The notes under the pieces: generated by a model
The model's database searches: none
What the model saw: only the letters and a program-made list of their open reading frames with translations
What the model was told of the DNA's origin: nothing
Made by a program: the position numbers and the translations under genes
Part shown: one piece after another, positions 12,522 through 23,140 of the stretch
Numbering within the stretch: position 1 is the stretch's first letter
Layout: every line of letters starts with the position of its first letter
NCBI GenBank assembly: GCA_049970495.1
Contig: JBMFMV010000001.1
Coordinates: forward strand, 32,001 to 96,000
Origin: a bacterium
GTDB lineage: Bacteria; DUMJ01
Length of the DNA stretch: 64,000 nucleotides
Reading direction: 5' to 3'

Positions 12522-13937
12522 ATGAAAGGAACAGTAGGTTTAATCGTTGGAAGTAGAGGATTCTTTCCTGCAGAACTTGTGAAAGAAGGTAGAGAAAGAA
12601 TTCTAAGGGTATTAGAGGGAGAAGGGTTGAATGTTATTACTCTAAATTCCAATGAGGGTAAGTTTGGTGCAGTAGAAACTCTAGATCACTCTATAGCTTG
12701 TGCAGAGCTTTTTAAAGCAAACAGAGAAAAGATAGAGGGAATTATAGTTACTCTTCCAAACTTTGGGGATGAAAAGGCCATAGCTAATACGCTAAGATTT
12801 TCAGGGTTAGATGTACCTGTATTAATACATGCCTTTCCTGATGATTTAGACAAGATGGATGTAGCACATAGGAGGGATAGCTTCTGCGGTAAATTGTCTG
12901 TATGTAATAACTTGGTACAATATTCTATTCCTTTCTCCTTGACAAGACTGCACACCGTTGCCCCTGAAGATAAAAGCTTTAAGGAAGACCTAAACTGGTT
13001 CATAGGGGTATGTAAGGTAGTAAATGGCTTAAGGGGTGCTAGGATAGGACTTATAGGAGCCAGACCTGCTGCATTCAATACTGTAAGATTCAGTGAGAAA
13101 TTACTAGAAAACTATGGAATCTCAGTAGAGACCCTTGATCTTTCTGAAGTTTTTGCAGGAATCTCTAAACTTTCCGACACTGATAGTGCAGTGAAAGAAA
13201 AAGTAGAAAGGTTTAGAACTTATATGGATACATCCGGTGTACCTGAGAATGCACTTATTAAGATGGCTAAATTCAGCGTAGTAGTAGAGAATTGGATGAA
13301 AGAAAATAGACTTATTGCAAGTGCTATTCAATGTTGGAGTGCGATAGAGAATATCTATGGTATCGTTCCATGTGCACTCATGAGTATGATGAGCGAATCT
13401 CTAATGCCAAGTGCTTGCGAAACGGATGTTACTGGAGTAGTGGCAATGTATGCCCTCCAGCTTGCATCTGGAACTCCAAGCGCTATAGTTGATTGGAATA
13501 ATAATTATGGTAATGACCCTAACAAGGCGGTAGTATTCCACTGCAGTAATTATCCGAAGTCTTTCCTAAAAGACCCAAAGATAACATTCCAGGATATTAT
13601 ATCTGGAACAGTAGGTAAAGAGAATGCCTATGGCTCTTGTGCAGGTAGAATCCCCAGTGGACCAATGACATTTGCAAGAGTCTCCACCAACGATAGTGTA
13701 GGAATTATACAGGCTTACATAGGCGAAGGGGAGTTTACTGATGACCCCCTTAATACATTTGGAGGATATGGGGTCGTATACGTAGAAAATCTGCAATCTT
13801 TACTAAAATTAATATGTCAGAGAGGGTTTGAACACCATGTTGCCATGAATAGGTCTAAGACCGCTAGGGTCCTCTATGAAGCATTTTCTAATTACCTAGG
13901 ATGGGACGTATATTGGCATAGAGGAGAAGAAGAGTAG
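12522..13937 (+). CDS. L-fucose/L-arabinose isomerase family protein
   Basis: NFGDE, RRDSFCGK, QCW, ACETD, FHCSN, GFEHHVAM. Confidence 0.82.
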   Translation: MKGTVGLIVGSRGFFPAELVKEGRERILRVLEGEGLNVITLNSNEGKFGAVETLDHSIACAELFKANREKIEGIIVTLPNFGDEKAIANTLRFSGLDVPVLIHAFPDDLDKMDVAHRRDSFCGKLSVCNNLVQYSIPFSLTRLHTVAPEDKSFKEDLNWFIGVCKVVNGLRGARIGLIGARPAAFNTVRFSEKLLENYGISVETLDLSEVFAGISKLSDTDSAVKEKVERFRTYMDTSGVPENALIKMAKFSVVVENWMKENRLIASAIQCWSAIENIYGIVPCALMSMMSESLMPSACETDVTGVVAMYALQLASGTPSAIVDWNNNYGNDPNKAVVFHCSNYPKSFLKDPKITFQDIISGTVGKENAYGSCAGRIPSGPMTFARVSTNDSVGIIQAYIGEGEFTDDPLNTFGGYGVVYVENLQSLLKLICQRGFEHHVAMNRSKTARVLYEAFSNYLGWDVYWHRGEEE

Positions 13938-13942
13938 ACTTT

Positions 13943-13974
13943 ATAAGGGAAGGAGAAAATTCTCCTTCCCTTAT
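13943..13974 (+). terminator. Hairpin after isomerase gene
   Basis: ATAAGGGAAGGAGA-aaat-TCTCCTTCCCTTAT, perfect 14-bp stem just after the stop. Confidence 0.75.
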
Positions 13975-13975
13975 C

Positions 13976-14004
13976 TTGTAAGGCTAAGACATTTCTGGTA
14001 AAAT
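13976..14004 (+). promoter_or_regulatory. sigma70 promoter, probable leaderless start
   Basis: TTGTAA-17-TAAAAT with TGn extension; ATG lies 6 nt after the -10 box; no SD. Confidence 0.65.
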
Positions 14005-14010
14005 CTCTAT

Positions 14011-14904
14011 ATGAAAAGAATAGTTAGTATAAGCTTGGGTTCTAGTAAGAGAGACCATAAGGTCTCTTTGTCTATTTTAGGGGAAGAAGTAGTAATAGAA
14101 AGAATAGGTACAGACGGAGATATACAAAAAGCTATAGAAAAGGCAAAAGAGTTAGACGGTAAGGTCTCTGCCATAGGATTAGGAGGTATTGACCTTTATT
14201 TTATTATTGGTAATAAAAGATACGTAGTAAGAGATGCCTTAAAGATAAAAAGAGTAATCCAAAAGACTCCGGTAGTAGACGGAAGTACAGTAAAAGATAC
14301 ATTAGAGAGGCAAACGGTAAAAAAACTGGACGAGCTAATACCTGGAGGGATTGAAGGTAAAAATGTTCTTCTGCCTTCAGCAGTTGATAGATTTGGTATG
14401 GCTGAAGTCTTTTACAATCTTGGGGCAAATATAGTCATAGGGGACCTTATGTTTGCACTTGGGATACCAATACCTATACATAGTATAAAAGTATTAAAAT
14501 TCTTGGCTTATATACTGCTACCTATACTTACTAAACTACCCTTCTATATGTTATACCCTGTAGGTGAAAAGCAAGAAGAGAATACCCCTAAATTTACTAA
14601 GTTCTTCCTATGGGCTGATATAATAGCTGGAGATTTTATCTACATAAAAAAGTACATGCCAGAAAGATTAGACGGTAAAATTATCCTTACTAATACAGTT
14701 ACACCAAAAGATAAAGAGCTATTAAGAGCAAGAGGGGTCAAGTATCTTATAACCACTACCCCTGAATTGGAGGGTAGATCTTTTGGAACTAATGTCTTAG
14801 AAGGATTCTTAATAGCTATGCAGGATAAGAGGCTTCCTCAGGAGAGTGATGAGGAATTCTTAGAGAGAATAGGATTTAAACCAAGAATAGAGAGGTTGAA
14901 TTGA
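14011..14904 (+). CDS. Conserved uncharacterised protein (family often labelled quinate 5-dehydrogenase)
   Basis: VSISLGSSKRD, IERIGTDGD, GLGGIDLY, DRFGMAE, GRSFGTNV; function not established. Confidence 0.7.
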   Translation: MKRIVSISLGSSKRDHKVSLSILGEEVVIERIGTDGDIQKAIEKAKELDGKVSAIGLGGIDLYFIIGNKRYVVRDALKIKRVIQKTPVVDGSTVKDTLERQTVKKLDELIPGGIEGKNVLLPSAVDRFGMAEVFYNLGANIVIGDLMFALGIPIPIHSIKVLKFLAYILLPILTKLPFYMLYPVGEKQEENTPKFTKFFLWADIIAGDFIYIKKYMPERLDGKIILTNTVTPKDKELLRARGVKYLITTTPELEGRSFGTNVLEGFLIAMQDKRLPQESDEEFLERIGFKPRIERLN

Positions 14905-14921
14905 TTCAAAGAGGTGATAAT

Positions 14922-15395
14922 GTGAAGGATAAAGAAATCTACCTTACTAAGGAGGGTTATGAAGCCCTTTTAAGAGAACTAGAAGACCTCAAAAAGAATA
15001 AGCGTAAAGAGGTGACCGAGAAGATTAAAGAAGCCAAAGAATTTGGTGACCTCTCGGAAAATGCAGAATACACAGAGGCGAAGAATCAACAGGCTTTTGT
15101 AGAAGGAAGAATCCTTACCATAGAAAAGATACTTAGTAAGGCTAGGATAATAGAGGAAGATGGATACCCTGATAAGGTTTCCTTAGGCTCTAAAGTAAAG
15201 GTTTTAAACCTGACAGATAACTCTGTAGTAGAGTATCATATAGTGAGTTCTCCTGAAGTTAATGTTAGGGAGAATAAAATCTCTGATGAGTCTCCTGTAG
15301 GTAGGGCATTAATAGGCGCAGGGATAGGAGATGTGATAAGAGTCAAAGTCCCTAAGGGAGAAGTCGAACTTAAAATCCTGGAGATAAGGAGGTAG
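14922..15395 (+). CDS. greA: Transcription elongation factor GreA
   Basis: LTKEGY, GDLSENAEY, ISDESPVGRAL; GTG 14922 follows GAGGTG. Confidence 0.95.
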   Translation: MKDKEIYLTKEGYEALLRELEDLKKNKRKEVTEKIKEAKEFGDLSENAEYTEAKNQQAFVEGRILTIEKILSKARIIEEDGYPDKVSLGSKVKVLNLTDNSVVEYHIVSSPEVNVRENKISDESPVGRALIGAGIGDVIRVKVPKGEVELKILEIRR

Positions 15396-15402
15396 AAACA
15401 GG

Positions 15403-16776
15403 GTGAGTTTTACTCCGACACACTCTATAGACGAATTAAAGAGTAAATTTGATGATGTACTTGAACAGACAGTAAGGGTGGCAGGAAGGATTACTGCGAT
15501 AAGAAGACATGGGAGGTCAATGTTTTTAGATATAAGAAACATAAAAGATAGGATTCAACTTTATGGGAAGGCAGACGATCTTGGAGATTCTTACGAAGAA
15601 CTTAAAGAATGTCACGTAGGTGACTTTATCGGGGTAGAAGGGACTACATTTAAGACACATACAGGTGAGCCATCTATTAGGATATATAGGTTTTGGATTC
15701 TTACTAAAGCATTAAGGCCATTACCAGAAAAGTGGCATGGGATAACGGATGTGGAGACTAGATATAGAAGAAGATACTTAGACCTTATAGCTAATGAAAA
15801 TCCAAGAAGAATCTTTTTACTCCGATCTAAGCTTGTAAAAGAGTTAAGAAATTTCTTAGATGCAAAAGGTTTTATAGAAGTTGAGACCCCTATCCTCCAT
15901 ACAGTTCCCGGTGGTGGATTTGCTCGTCCTTTTATTACTCATCATAATGCCTTAGACATAGACTTATACCTTAGGATAGCCCTAGAACTGTATTTAAAGA
16001 GGCTTATAGTTGGTGGATATGAAAAGGTCTATGAGATAAATAGATGTTTCAGGAATGAAGGTATCTCTACTGTGCACAATCCCGAATTTACTATGATGGA
16101 GTTATATCAGGCATATGCAGACTACTATACAATGATGGACCTCACTGAAGAGCTAATTATACACCTAGCAAATACACTATTCGGTAAGCCTGTTATATAT
16201 AAAGATACCGAGGAAATAGATATATCTTCACCTTGGGAAAGGAAAGAACTCCTAGATATAGTTATTGAGCATACTGGAATAAATCCGTTGACACTAACTA
16301 AAGAAGAGCTTCTAGAATATGCCAATAAGCTAGAGATAAAAGTGACTACTGAGGAGAGTCTCTGGGCTAAAGTCCTTATGGAGCTCTTTGAGGAAGAGGT
16401 TCAGCCAAAGTTAAAAAAGCCGACATTTATCACTGGTTATCCTGTAGCTATCTCTCCACTTGCAAAAGCCAGAGAAAATGATCCTAGATTCACAGATAGG
16501 TTTGAATTGTTTATAGGGGGACTAGAAATTGCTAATGCGTTCTCTGAACTAAATGACCCTATAGAACAGAGGAAAAGGTTTGAGGACCAGTTAAGAGAAA
16601 AGATGATGGGAGAAGAGGAGACCCATCCTATGGATGAAGACTTCTTAGAAGCTTTAGAGTATGGTATGCCCCCTACCGGAGGTTTAGGTATAGGGATAGA
16701 TAGGCTTACTATGCTCTTTGCAAATGTAAACTCTATAAGAGAGGTGATACTGTTTCCTCTACAGAGGCCAGAATGA
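15403..16776 (+). CDS. lysS: Lysine--tRNA ligase (class II)
   Basis: OB fold, RYRRRYLDL, FRNEG..HNPEFT, YGMPPTGGLGIGIDRL. Confidence 0.96.
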   Translation: MSFTPTHSIDELKSKFDDVLEQTVRVAGRITAIRRHGRSMFLDIRNIKDRIQLYGKADDLGDSYEELKECHVGDFIGVEGTTFKTHTGEPSIRIYRFWILTKALRPLPEKWHGITDVETRYRRRYLDLIANENPRRIFLLRSKLVKELRNFLDAKGFIEVETPILHTVPGGGFARPFITHHNALDIDLYLRIALELYLKRLIVGGYEKVYEINRCFRNEGISTVHNPEFTMMELYQAYADYYTMMDLTEELIIHLANTLFGKPVIYKDTEEIDISSPWERKELLDIVIEHTGINPLTLTKEELLEYANKLEIKVTTEESLWAKVLMELFEEEVQPKLKKPTFITGYPVAISPLAKARENDPRFTDRFELFIGGLEIANAFSELNDPIEQRKRFEDQLREKMMGEEETHPMDEDFLEALEYGMPPTGGLGIGIDRLTMLFANVNSIREVILFPLQRPE

Positions 16777-18140
16777 GTAAGCCTAGTAGAGTCTATAGAT
16801 GTACAGAGTGCGGTTATACAACCTCTCATTGGCTTGGTAGATGTCCAAACTGTGATTCATGGAATACGCTAGAAGAGGTTATACTAGAAAAGGGGATGGA
16901 AAAGACCAAATCGAGAAGCACCCCTACAAAAGCCCTAAGTCTCAACGAGATAAAGGCTAAGTCCATAGAGAGGATTACTACCGATTATCCTGAGACTGAT
17001 AGACTTTTAGGAGGTGGAGTAGTCCCCGGTTCTGTCCTTTTGATAGGGGGAGAGCCAGGAATAGGGAAGTCTACCCTTATGCTCCAGCTGTCAGAATCCT
17101 TCTCAAAAAAGGGGCTAAGGGTTTTATATAACTGCGCAGAAGAGTCTGTTTATCAGATAGGTTTAAGGGCTAGTAGATTGAATATCAAAGGGGAAAACAT
17201 TAGGATAATAAGCGAGGTTAGTCTAGATAATGCAATAGCTACTTATGAAGAGGTTAAACCAGATATATTTATTATAGATTCTATTCAGGCGGTAAAAGAT
17301 GAGTCTTTGCCTACTCAACCTGGAACAGTAACACAAATAAAGCTATGCACCTCTAAGATTATTGACCTAGCTAAAAGGGATAATAGTGTAGCCTTTATAA
17401 CAGGACATGTTACAAAGGAAGGGATATTAGCAGGTCCTAAGACCCTAGAACATATGGTCGATGGAGTTTTCTATTTCGAAGGCGATAGGGACGGAATGGT
17501 AAGACTCTTACGTGCAGTCAAGAATAGGTATGGGGATACAAATGAGGTAGCTTTTATGGAAATGACCCCTGAAGGACTCAAAGAGATGACAAACCCTTCG
17601 CTATTCTTTGTTAGGGAAGGGCTGGGTTTAACTCCAGGTGCCACTATAGGTGTGATAATGGAAGGAACAAGGCCTATACTAGTAGAAGTTCAGGCTCTAG
17701 TGGCTCGTTCAGTGTATGCAGTTCCAAGAAGGGTTGTCCAAGGTATAGATTTTAATAGGTTTTCTTTTATACTGGCTGTTCTAGAAAAACTTTTACAGTT
17801 ACCACTTTTCAATAAGGATGTATTTTTAAATATACCCGGAGGAGTTACGGTAAAGGACCCTGCCATAGACCTACCAGTAGCCCTAGCAGTTATATCTAGT
17901 ACTTTAGAGGTTCCACTAACTTCTGAGTTATTTAGCTTTGGAGAGATAGGACTTACTGGTGAGATAAGACAGGTAATGTGGTATGAAAAAAGGGTAGAGA
18001 TAGCACTGAGATTAGGGTATAGTGAAGGATTTGTCCCGCTAAAAAAGAAAGAAGACAGTTCTGGTGTGAGAGGAGTAAGAACCTTAAAGGAGGTGTATGA
18101 CTTAGTAAGAGATGCCAGAATCCACGCTAGACTTATATAG
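16773..18140 (+). CDS. radA: DNA repair protein RadA/Sms
   Basis: C4 zinc finger, GEPGIGKST, KNRYG, Lon-like C-terminus. Confidence 0.96.
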   Translation: MSKPSRVYRCTECGYTTSHWLGRCPNCDSWNTLEEVILEKGMEKTKSRSTPTKALSLNEIKAKSIERITTDYPETDRLLGGGVVPGSVLLIGGEPGIGKSTLMLQLSESFSKKGLRVLYNCAEESVYQIGLRASRLNIKGENIRIISEVSLDNAIATYEEVKPDIFIIDSIQAVKDESLPTQPGTVTQIKLCTSKIIDLAKRDNSVAFITGHVTKEGILAGPKTLEHMVDGVFYFEGDRDGMVRLLRAVKNRYGDTNEVAFMEMTPEGLKEMTNPSLFFVREGLGLTPGATIGVIMEGTRPILVEVQALVARSVYAVPRRVVQGIDFNRFSFILAVLEKLLQLPLFNKDVFLNIPGGVTVKDPAIDLPVALAVISSTLEVPLTSELFSFGEIGLTGEIRQVMWYEKRVEIALRLGYSEGFVPLKKKEDSSGVRGVRTLKEVYDLVRDARIHARLI

Positions 18141-19209
18141 TGCACTAAAACTTACCGCTCCGGGAACTCCTCTAAGAGAAGGTTTAGATAGGATATTAAG
18201 CGCAAAAATGGGAGCCCTTATAGTAGTTGGTGGAAAATTAGAAGTCCTTAATAGTATTATGAGTGGCGGTTTTACTTTAAACTGTGACTTTACACCAGAA
18301 TCTCTCTATGAGCTGGCTAAAATGGATGGAGCTATAGTAATCTCTGAAGACCTAAAAAAGATACTATATGCTAATGTTCAACTATCTCCAGATGTCTCTA
18401 TCCCCACCACTGAACCTGGGACTAGACATAGAACAGCAGAAAGGACCGCTAAACAGGTTGGTTCTTTAGTCATAGCAATCTCAGAAAGAAGGGAGATAAT
18501 ATCTCTCTATATTGGAAATATAAGATATATTCTTCAAGATATAAGAAACCTGTTAGTTAAAGCTAACCAAGGGTTACAAGTCTTAGAGAGATATAGACTC
18601 ATATTAGATCAAGCAATGTCTAATCTTACCACACTAGAACTTGAAGATAGTGTCACCTTCCTTGATGTGCTTTGGAGTTTATATCGAATTGAGATGGTCC
18701 TTCGTATAGCTCAAGAGATAGAAAGATACGTAATAGAGTTAGGAGTTGAAGGAAGACTAGTCAGGATGCAGCTAGATGAGCTTATTGGAGGAGTAAATGA
18801 AGAGGAGATTCTCCTTATTAAGGACTACATAAGAGAGGGGCTAAATCCTGAGAGCATCAAAGAAGAGATAAGAAAGAAAAATCTAAATGAAATACTAAAT
18901 ACAAGTATAATGTCGAATATACTAGGTATATCCGATTCTATAACCTTTACAGATATAAATCTTAGGTGTAGAGGCTATAGAATCTTAAGTTATATAGCGC
19001 GTCTTCCTTCGTCTGTTATAGAGAATCTAATAAATTATTTTGGTAATCTACAAAATATCCTTAAGGCTGATATACCTCAGTTAGATGAGGTAGAAGGGAT
19101 AGGGGAAATAAGAGCTAAAAACATAAAGGATGGTTTAAGAAGAATTAGAGAACAGAGTAGCAGAGGGATTCCTCCTCTCAGACTAGGAGACCTAGGGAGA
19201 GCCAGGTGA
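18112..19209 (+). CDS. disA: DNA integrity scanning diadenylate cyclase
   Basis: KMDGA and GTRHRTAER DAC motifs, C-terminal HhH; follows radA. Confidence 0.95.
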   Translation: MPESTLDLYSALKLTAPGTPLREGLDRILSAKMGALIVVGGKLEVLNSIMSGGFTLNCDFTPESLYELAKMDGAIVISEDLKKILYANVQLSPDVSIPTTEPGTRHRTAERTAKQVGSLVIAISERREIISLYIGNIRYILQDIRNLLVKANQGLQVLERYRLILDQAMSNLTTLELEDSVTFLDVLWSLYRIEMVLRIAQEIERYVIELGVEGRLVRMQLDELIGGVNEEEILLIKDYIREGLNPESIKEEIRKKNLNEILNTSIMSNILGISDSITFTDINLRCRGYRILSYIARLPSSVIENLINYFGNLQNILKADIPQLDEVEGIGEIRAKNIKDGLRRIREQSSRGIPPLRLGDLGRAR

Positions 19210-19886
19210 ATATAGGAGTAATTGTAGCATCTGCTGGTCAGTCAAAAAGATTGGGCCATAATAAGGTATTAATGGAGTTAAGGGGTAAACCTGTATTACT
19301 TTTTTCCTTAGAGAAATTTATCAAACTTAGTTCGCTTTCAGAGTTGGTTATAGTTATAAGACCACAAGATGAAGAAGATGTAAGGAATATACTTTCTAAA
19401 GCCGGTATTAGTGAGTCTATAGTAAAGATAATCCATGGAGGAAAAGAAAGACAGGATTCAGTATATAGGGGACTTATGGCACTCACATCTTCAGATATAG
19501 TAATGGTCCATGATGGGGCAAGACCATTTATAAGTTATGAGTTAATTGTCAAACTCATAGAAGAGGTAGAGATACATCCGGCAGTTATCCCTGCACTACC
19601 AGTTAAGGAGACAATCAAGGTAGTAAAAGATGGTTATGTAGAGTCTACACTGAAAAGAGAATTGCTCTGGAGTGTTCAGACCCCCCAGGTATTTAGATAT
19701 AAGATTCTACTTGAGGCGTATGAGAAGGCGTATCAGGATAAGTTCTATGGTACAGATGATGCCTCTCTAGTAGAAAGATTAGGATATAAGATCAGGGTAA
19801 TTGAAGGAGAGTACACAAATCTAAAGATAACCACTAAAGAAGACCTACTTTTAGCTCATAGATATCTTGAGCTATTAGGTATATGA
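19206..19886 (+). CDS. ispD: MEP cytidylyltransferase
   Basis: GGKERQDSV, HDGARPF, VQTPQVF, TDDASLVE. Confidence 0.95.
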   Translation: MNIGVIVASAGQSKRLGHNKVLMELRGKPVLLFSLEKFIKLSSLSELVIVIRPQDEEDVRNILSKAGISESIVKIIHGGKERQDSVYRGLMALTSSDIVMVHDGARPFISYELIVKLIEEVEIHPAVIPALPVKETIKVVKDGYVESTLKRELLWSVQTPQVFRYKILLEAYEKAYQDKFYGTDDASLVERLGYKIRVIEGEYTNLKITTKEDLLLAHRYLELLGI

Positions 19887-20356
19887 GAATAGGGATAGGT
19901 TATGATGTCCATCCGATAGTAAATGGTAGGAAACTCTTTCTTGGAGGTATTGAGATCCCTTGTGATTTTGGCCTCTATGGGCACTCAGATGCAGATGTTC
20001 TGATCCATGCAATATCTGATGCTATCTTAGGTGCAGCCGGTCTACCTGATATAGGCTTCTTTTTTCCAAATACTCCAGAGTATAAAGACATATCTAGTTG
20101 TGTTATACTAGAAAAGGTAAAGGAAAAGATAGATAAAGATTATACTATAGTAAACATAGACAGTATAATCATAGCAGAAAAACCAAAGATAGGCCCATAC
20201 GTTGATATTATGAAAGAGAGATTAGCCAGCATCTTAAAGATAAACCCAGGTTCTATCGGAATAAAAGCAACTACTAATGAAAGACTCGGCTTTGTAGGTA
20301 GGGAAGAAGGGATAGTAGCGATTGCTGTAGTATTATTAGACGAAAGGAGGACTTGA
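19883..20356 (+). CDS. ispF: MEcPP synthase
   Basis: GIGYDVH, HSDADVLIHA, KATTNE. Confidence 0.96.
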   Translation: MRIGIGYDVHPIVNGRKLFLGGIEIPCDFGLYGHSDADVLIHAISDAILGAAGLPDIGFFFPNTPEYKDISSCVILEKVKEKIDKDYTIVNIDSIIIAEKPKIGPYVDIMKERLASILKINPGSIGIKATTNERLGFVGREEGIVAIAVVLLDERRT

Positions 20357-21756
20357 TGAGTGTAAGGGTCAGATTTGCACCTAGCCCTAGTGGAAGTTTA
20401 CATATAGGAAATGTAAGAACTGCTCTTTTTAATTGGCTATTTGCTAGAAAAAATGGAGGAACATTCATACTACGAATAGAAGATACAGATGTAGAGCGCA
20501 CTTATCAATCTGCTTATCAGGGTATCTTAGAGGATCTCTTGTGGTTGGGACTAAACTGGGATGAAGGACCTTATAAACAGAGTGAAAGGCTTGATATATA
20601 TAAAAGTTATGCCCTCAAGTTTTTAGAGGAAGGGCTAGCATATAAATGTTTCTGCTCCGCAGAGGAGTTAGAGAGAGAAAGAGAGGAGGCTATAAAAGAA
20701 GGTAGACCTCCTCGTTATAGTGGGAGGTGTGCCAATCTTTCCCTTAAAGAGGTTTCTGAATTAGAGGCAAAAGGTATTCCATATTCTATAAGATTTAGAA
20801 TTCCAAAAGACGCTTACTTTGTAGTTGATGATATTATAAGAGGTAGAATAGAATTTGATGTAAATGCCATAACGGGAGATTTTATCATACTTCGTTCTGA
20901 CGGGATGCCTACTTATAACTTTGCAGTAGTTATAGACGATTACCTTATGGATATTACACATGTAATAAGGGGTGAAGACCATCTCTCTAATACACCTAGA
21001 CAGTTACTTATCTATAAAGCTCTAGGGGTTAATCCTCCTAGATTTGCACATCTACCTATGATTGTTGGGAGTGACCGATCCAAACTTTCAAAAAGAGAAG
21101 GGGCGCTTTCTGTAAAAGAGCTAAGAGAACAGGGCTTCTTGCCTGAAGGTGTGGTAAACTATTTAGCATTATTAGGGTGGAGTCCAAAGGGAGATGAGAT
21201 AAAGACATTAGACAAACTTGTAGAAGAATTTTCTCTAGAGGAAGTCTCTCCAAGCCCATCTGCATATGATCCTGCCAAGTTAAGGTGGATAAACAGACAA
21301 CATATCATAAGGCTTAATGGGGAAAGACTTTTAGAGTATGTAAGACCCTTCTTAAATGGGATAGGTGATTATCCAAAGGATTGGTTATTAAAAGCTATTC
21401 TCTCCATAAGAGAGTATGCAGAGACACTTAGAGAAATACCAGAGTATCTCAAAAAGTACTATCTTAGTGATGTCTCTCTAAATGAGAGCCATAAAGAAGA
21501 GTTAGCCTTAGGAAAGAAGGGTATAGAAGTATTCTTGAATCTATTAAAAGAGACCGAAGATCTAAATACCATAGATAGTATATTTAAAGAGGCAATTAAG
21601 ATATCAGGACTTAAGGGAAGAAAATTCTATCATCCCATAAGATTAGCACTCACTGGTTATGAATCTGGACCGGAACTGGTGGAATTTATCCCAATACTTG
21701 GTAAAGATAAATGTATAGAGAGATTAGAAAAAGCCTTAAGATTTCTGGAGGAGTAA
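20353..21756 (+). CDS. gltX: Glutamate--tRNA ligase
   Basis: RFAPSPSG, HIGN, RIEDTD, KLSKR. Confidence 0.96.
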   Translation: MMSVRVRFAPSPSGSLHIGNVRTALFNWLFARKNGGTFILRIEDTDVERTYQSAYQGILEDLLWLGLNWDEGPYKQSERLDIYKSYALKFLEEGLAYKCFCSAEELEREREEAIKEGRPPRYSGRCANLSLKEVSELEAKGIPYSIRFRIPKDAYFVVDDIIRGRIEFDVNAITGDFIILRSDGMPTYNFAVVIDDYLMDITHVIRGEDHLSNTPRQLLIYKALGVNPPRFAHLPMIVGSDRSKLSKREGALSVKELREQGFLPEGVVNYLALLGWSPKGDEIKTLDKLVEEFSLEEVSPSPSAYDPAKLRWINRQHIIRLNGERLLEYVRPFLNGIGDYPKDWLLKAILSIREYAETLREIPEYLKKYYLSDVSLNESHKEELALGKKGIEVFLNLLKETEDLNTIDSIFKEAIKISGLKGRKFYHPIRLALTGYESGPELVEFIPILGKDKCIERLEKALRFLEE

Positions 21757-21757
21757 A

Positions 21758-23140
21758 TTGAGATTATATAATACATTAACCAGAAATGAAGACGAATTTC
21801 TGCCTAAGAAACACAATATGGTGAGGATGTATGTATGTGGGGTAACACCTTATGACTACTGCCATATAGGTCATGGGAGGTCTTATCTAGTATACGATAT
21901 TCTGTATAGATTCTTAGAATCAGAAGGATTTAAAGTCCTCTGGGTACAGAACTTTACCGATATAGATGATAAGATAATAAATAGGGCGAATGAACTAGGT
22001 ATATCTCCGAAAGAGCTAGCTGACAGATTTATCTCTGAATATTTTACAGATATGGATATGTTTGGTATAAGTAGGGCGTTTATATATCCCAGAGTTACAG
22101 AACATATTGAAGAGATTATCGAGTTTATAGGAAAGATTATAGAGAAGGGATACGCGTATGAATCAGAAGGTGATGTATATTTCTCCGTGAAAAGTTATTC
22201 TCACTATGGAAAACTCTCCAGACGCTCTTTAGAAGAGATGATAGCAGGAGCTAGAGTAGACCCTAGTGAAAAAAAGAGAGACCCATTGGACTTTGCCCTC
22301 TGGAAATCGGCAAAACCTGGAGAACCTTATTGGGAAAGTCCTTGGGGTAAGGGAAGGCCAGGATGGCATATAGAATGCTCTGTTATGTCTCTTTTATACT
22401 TGGGAGAGGAGATAGACATCCACGGAGGAGGAGCAGACCTTATATTCCCGCACCATGAGAATGAAAAGGCTCAGGCAGAAGCGGTTATAGGTGATGGAAA
22501 ATTTGTCAGGTTCTGGATACATAATGGGCTGGTAAATCTAAAATCAGAGAAGATGTCTAAATCAACTGGAAACTTTATAATCTTAAGAGAAGTATTAAGC
22601 TCTTATAAGCCTGAAGTCCTTAGGCTATATCTTCTACAGACTCATTATAGAAGCCCACTAGACTTTGACCCACAAGCCCTTGAGGATACAGAAAGGGCTT
22701 ACTCAAGGATAGAAGATACTATAAAGCTCTTAGCTCATATACCGGATCCGCCATCATCCCCTTATGATCAGGCATTCTTTGATTTTAGAAATGCCCTCTC
22801 TAATGACCTTAATACACCCCAAGCTATTGGGGTTCTCTTCTCTTACCTAAGAGAGAATAGACCTATATTAGATAAAGGGACATGGGATCCAATATTACCA
22901 GTATTTAAGTTTAATCTAATCAAGATGTGCAAGATACTTGGATTTAAAATCCCAGAATTGACCAAAACCTTGTTTGATGTCGAAAAGCTTAGAGAAGTAA
23001 TGGAGGTTATAATAAAGATAAGGGATAAACTTAGGCAGGAGAAGAGATTTGATCTTAGTGATGAAATTAGGAATAGTCTAAACAATATAGGTATCGTACT
23101 AGAAGATACAAAGGAAGGTACTAGATGGAAGATGAATTAA
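21758..23140 (+). CDS. cysS: Cysteine--tRNA ligase
   Basis: [29 protein letters not shown]. Confidence 0.97.
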   Translation: MRLYNTLTRNEDEFLPKKHNMVRMYVCGVTPYDYCHIGHGRSYLVYDILYRFLESEGFKVLWVQNFTDIDDKIINRANELGISPKELADRFISEYFTDMDMFGISRAFIYPRVTEHIEEIIEFIGKIIEKGYAYESEGDVYFSVKSYSHYGKLSRRSLEEMIAGARVDPSEKKRDPLDFALWKSAKPGEPYWESPWGKGRPGWHIECSVMSLLYLGEEIDIHGGGADLIFPHHENEKAQAEAVIGDGKFVRFWIHNGLVNLKSEKMSKSTGNFIILREVLSSYKPEVLRLYLLQTHYRSPLDFDPQALEDTERAYSRIEDTIKLLAHIPDPPSSPYDQAFFDFRNALSNDLNTPQAIGVLFSYLRENRPILDKGTWDPILPVFKFNLIKMCKILGFKIPELTKTLFDVEKLREVMEVIIKIRDKLRQEKRFDLSDEIRNSLNNIGIVLEDTKEGTRWKMN

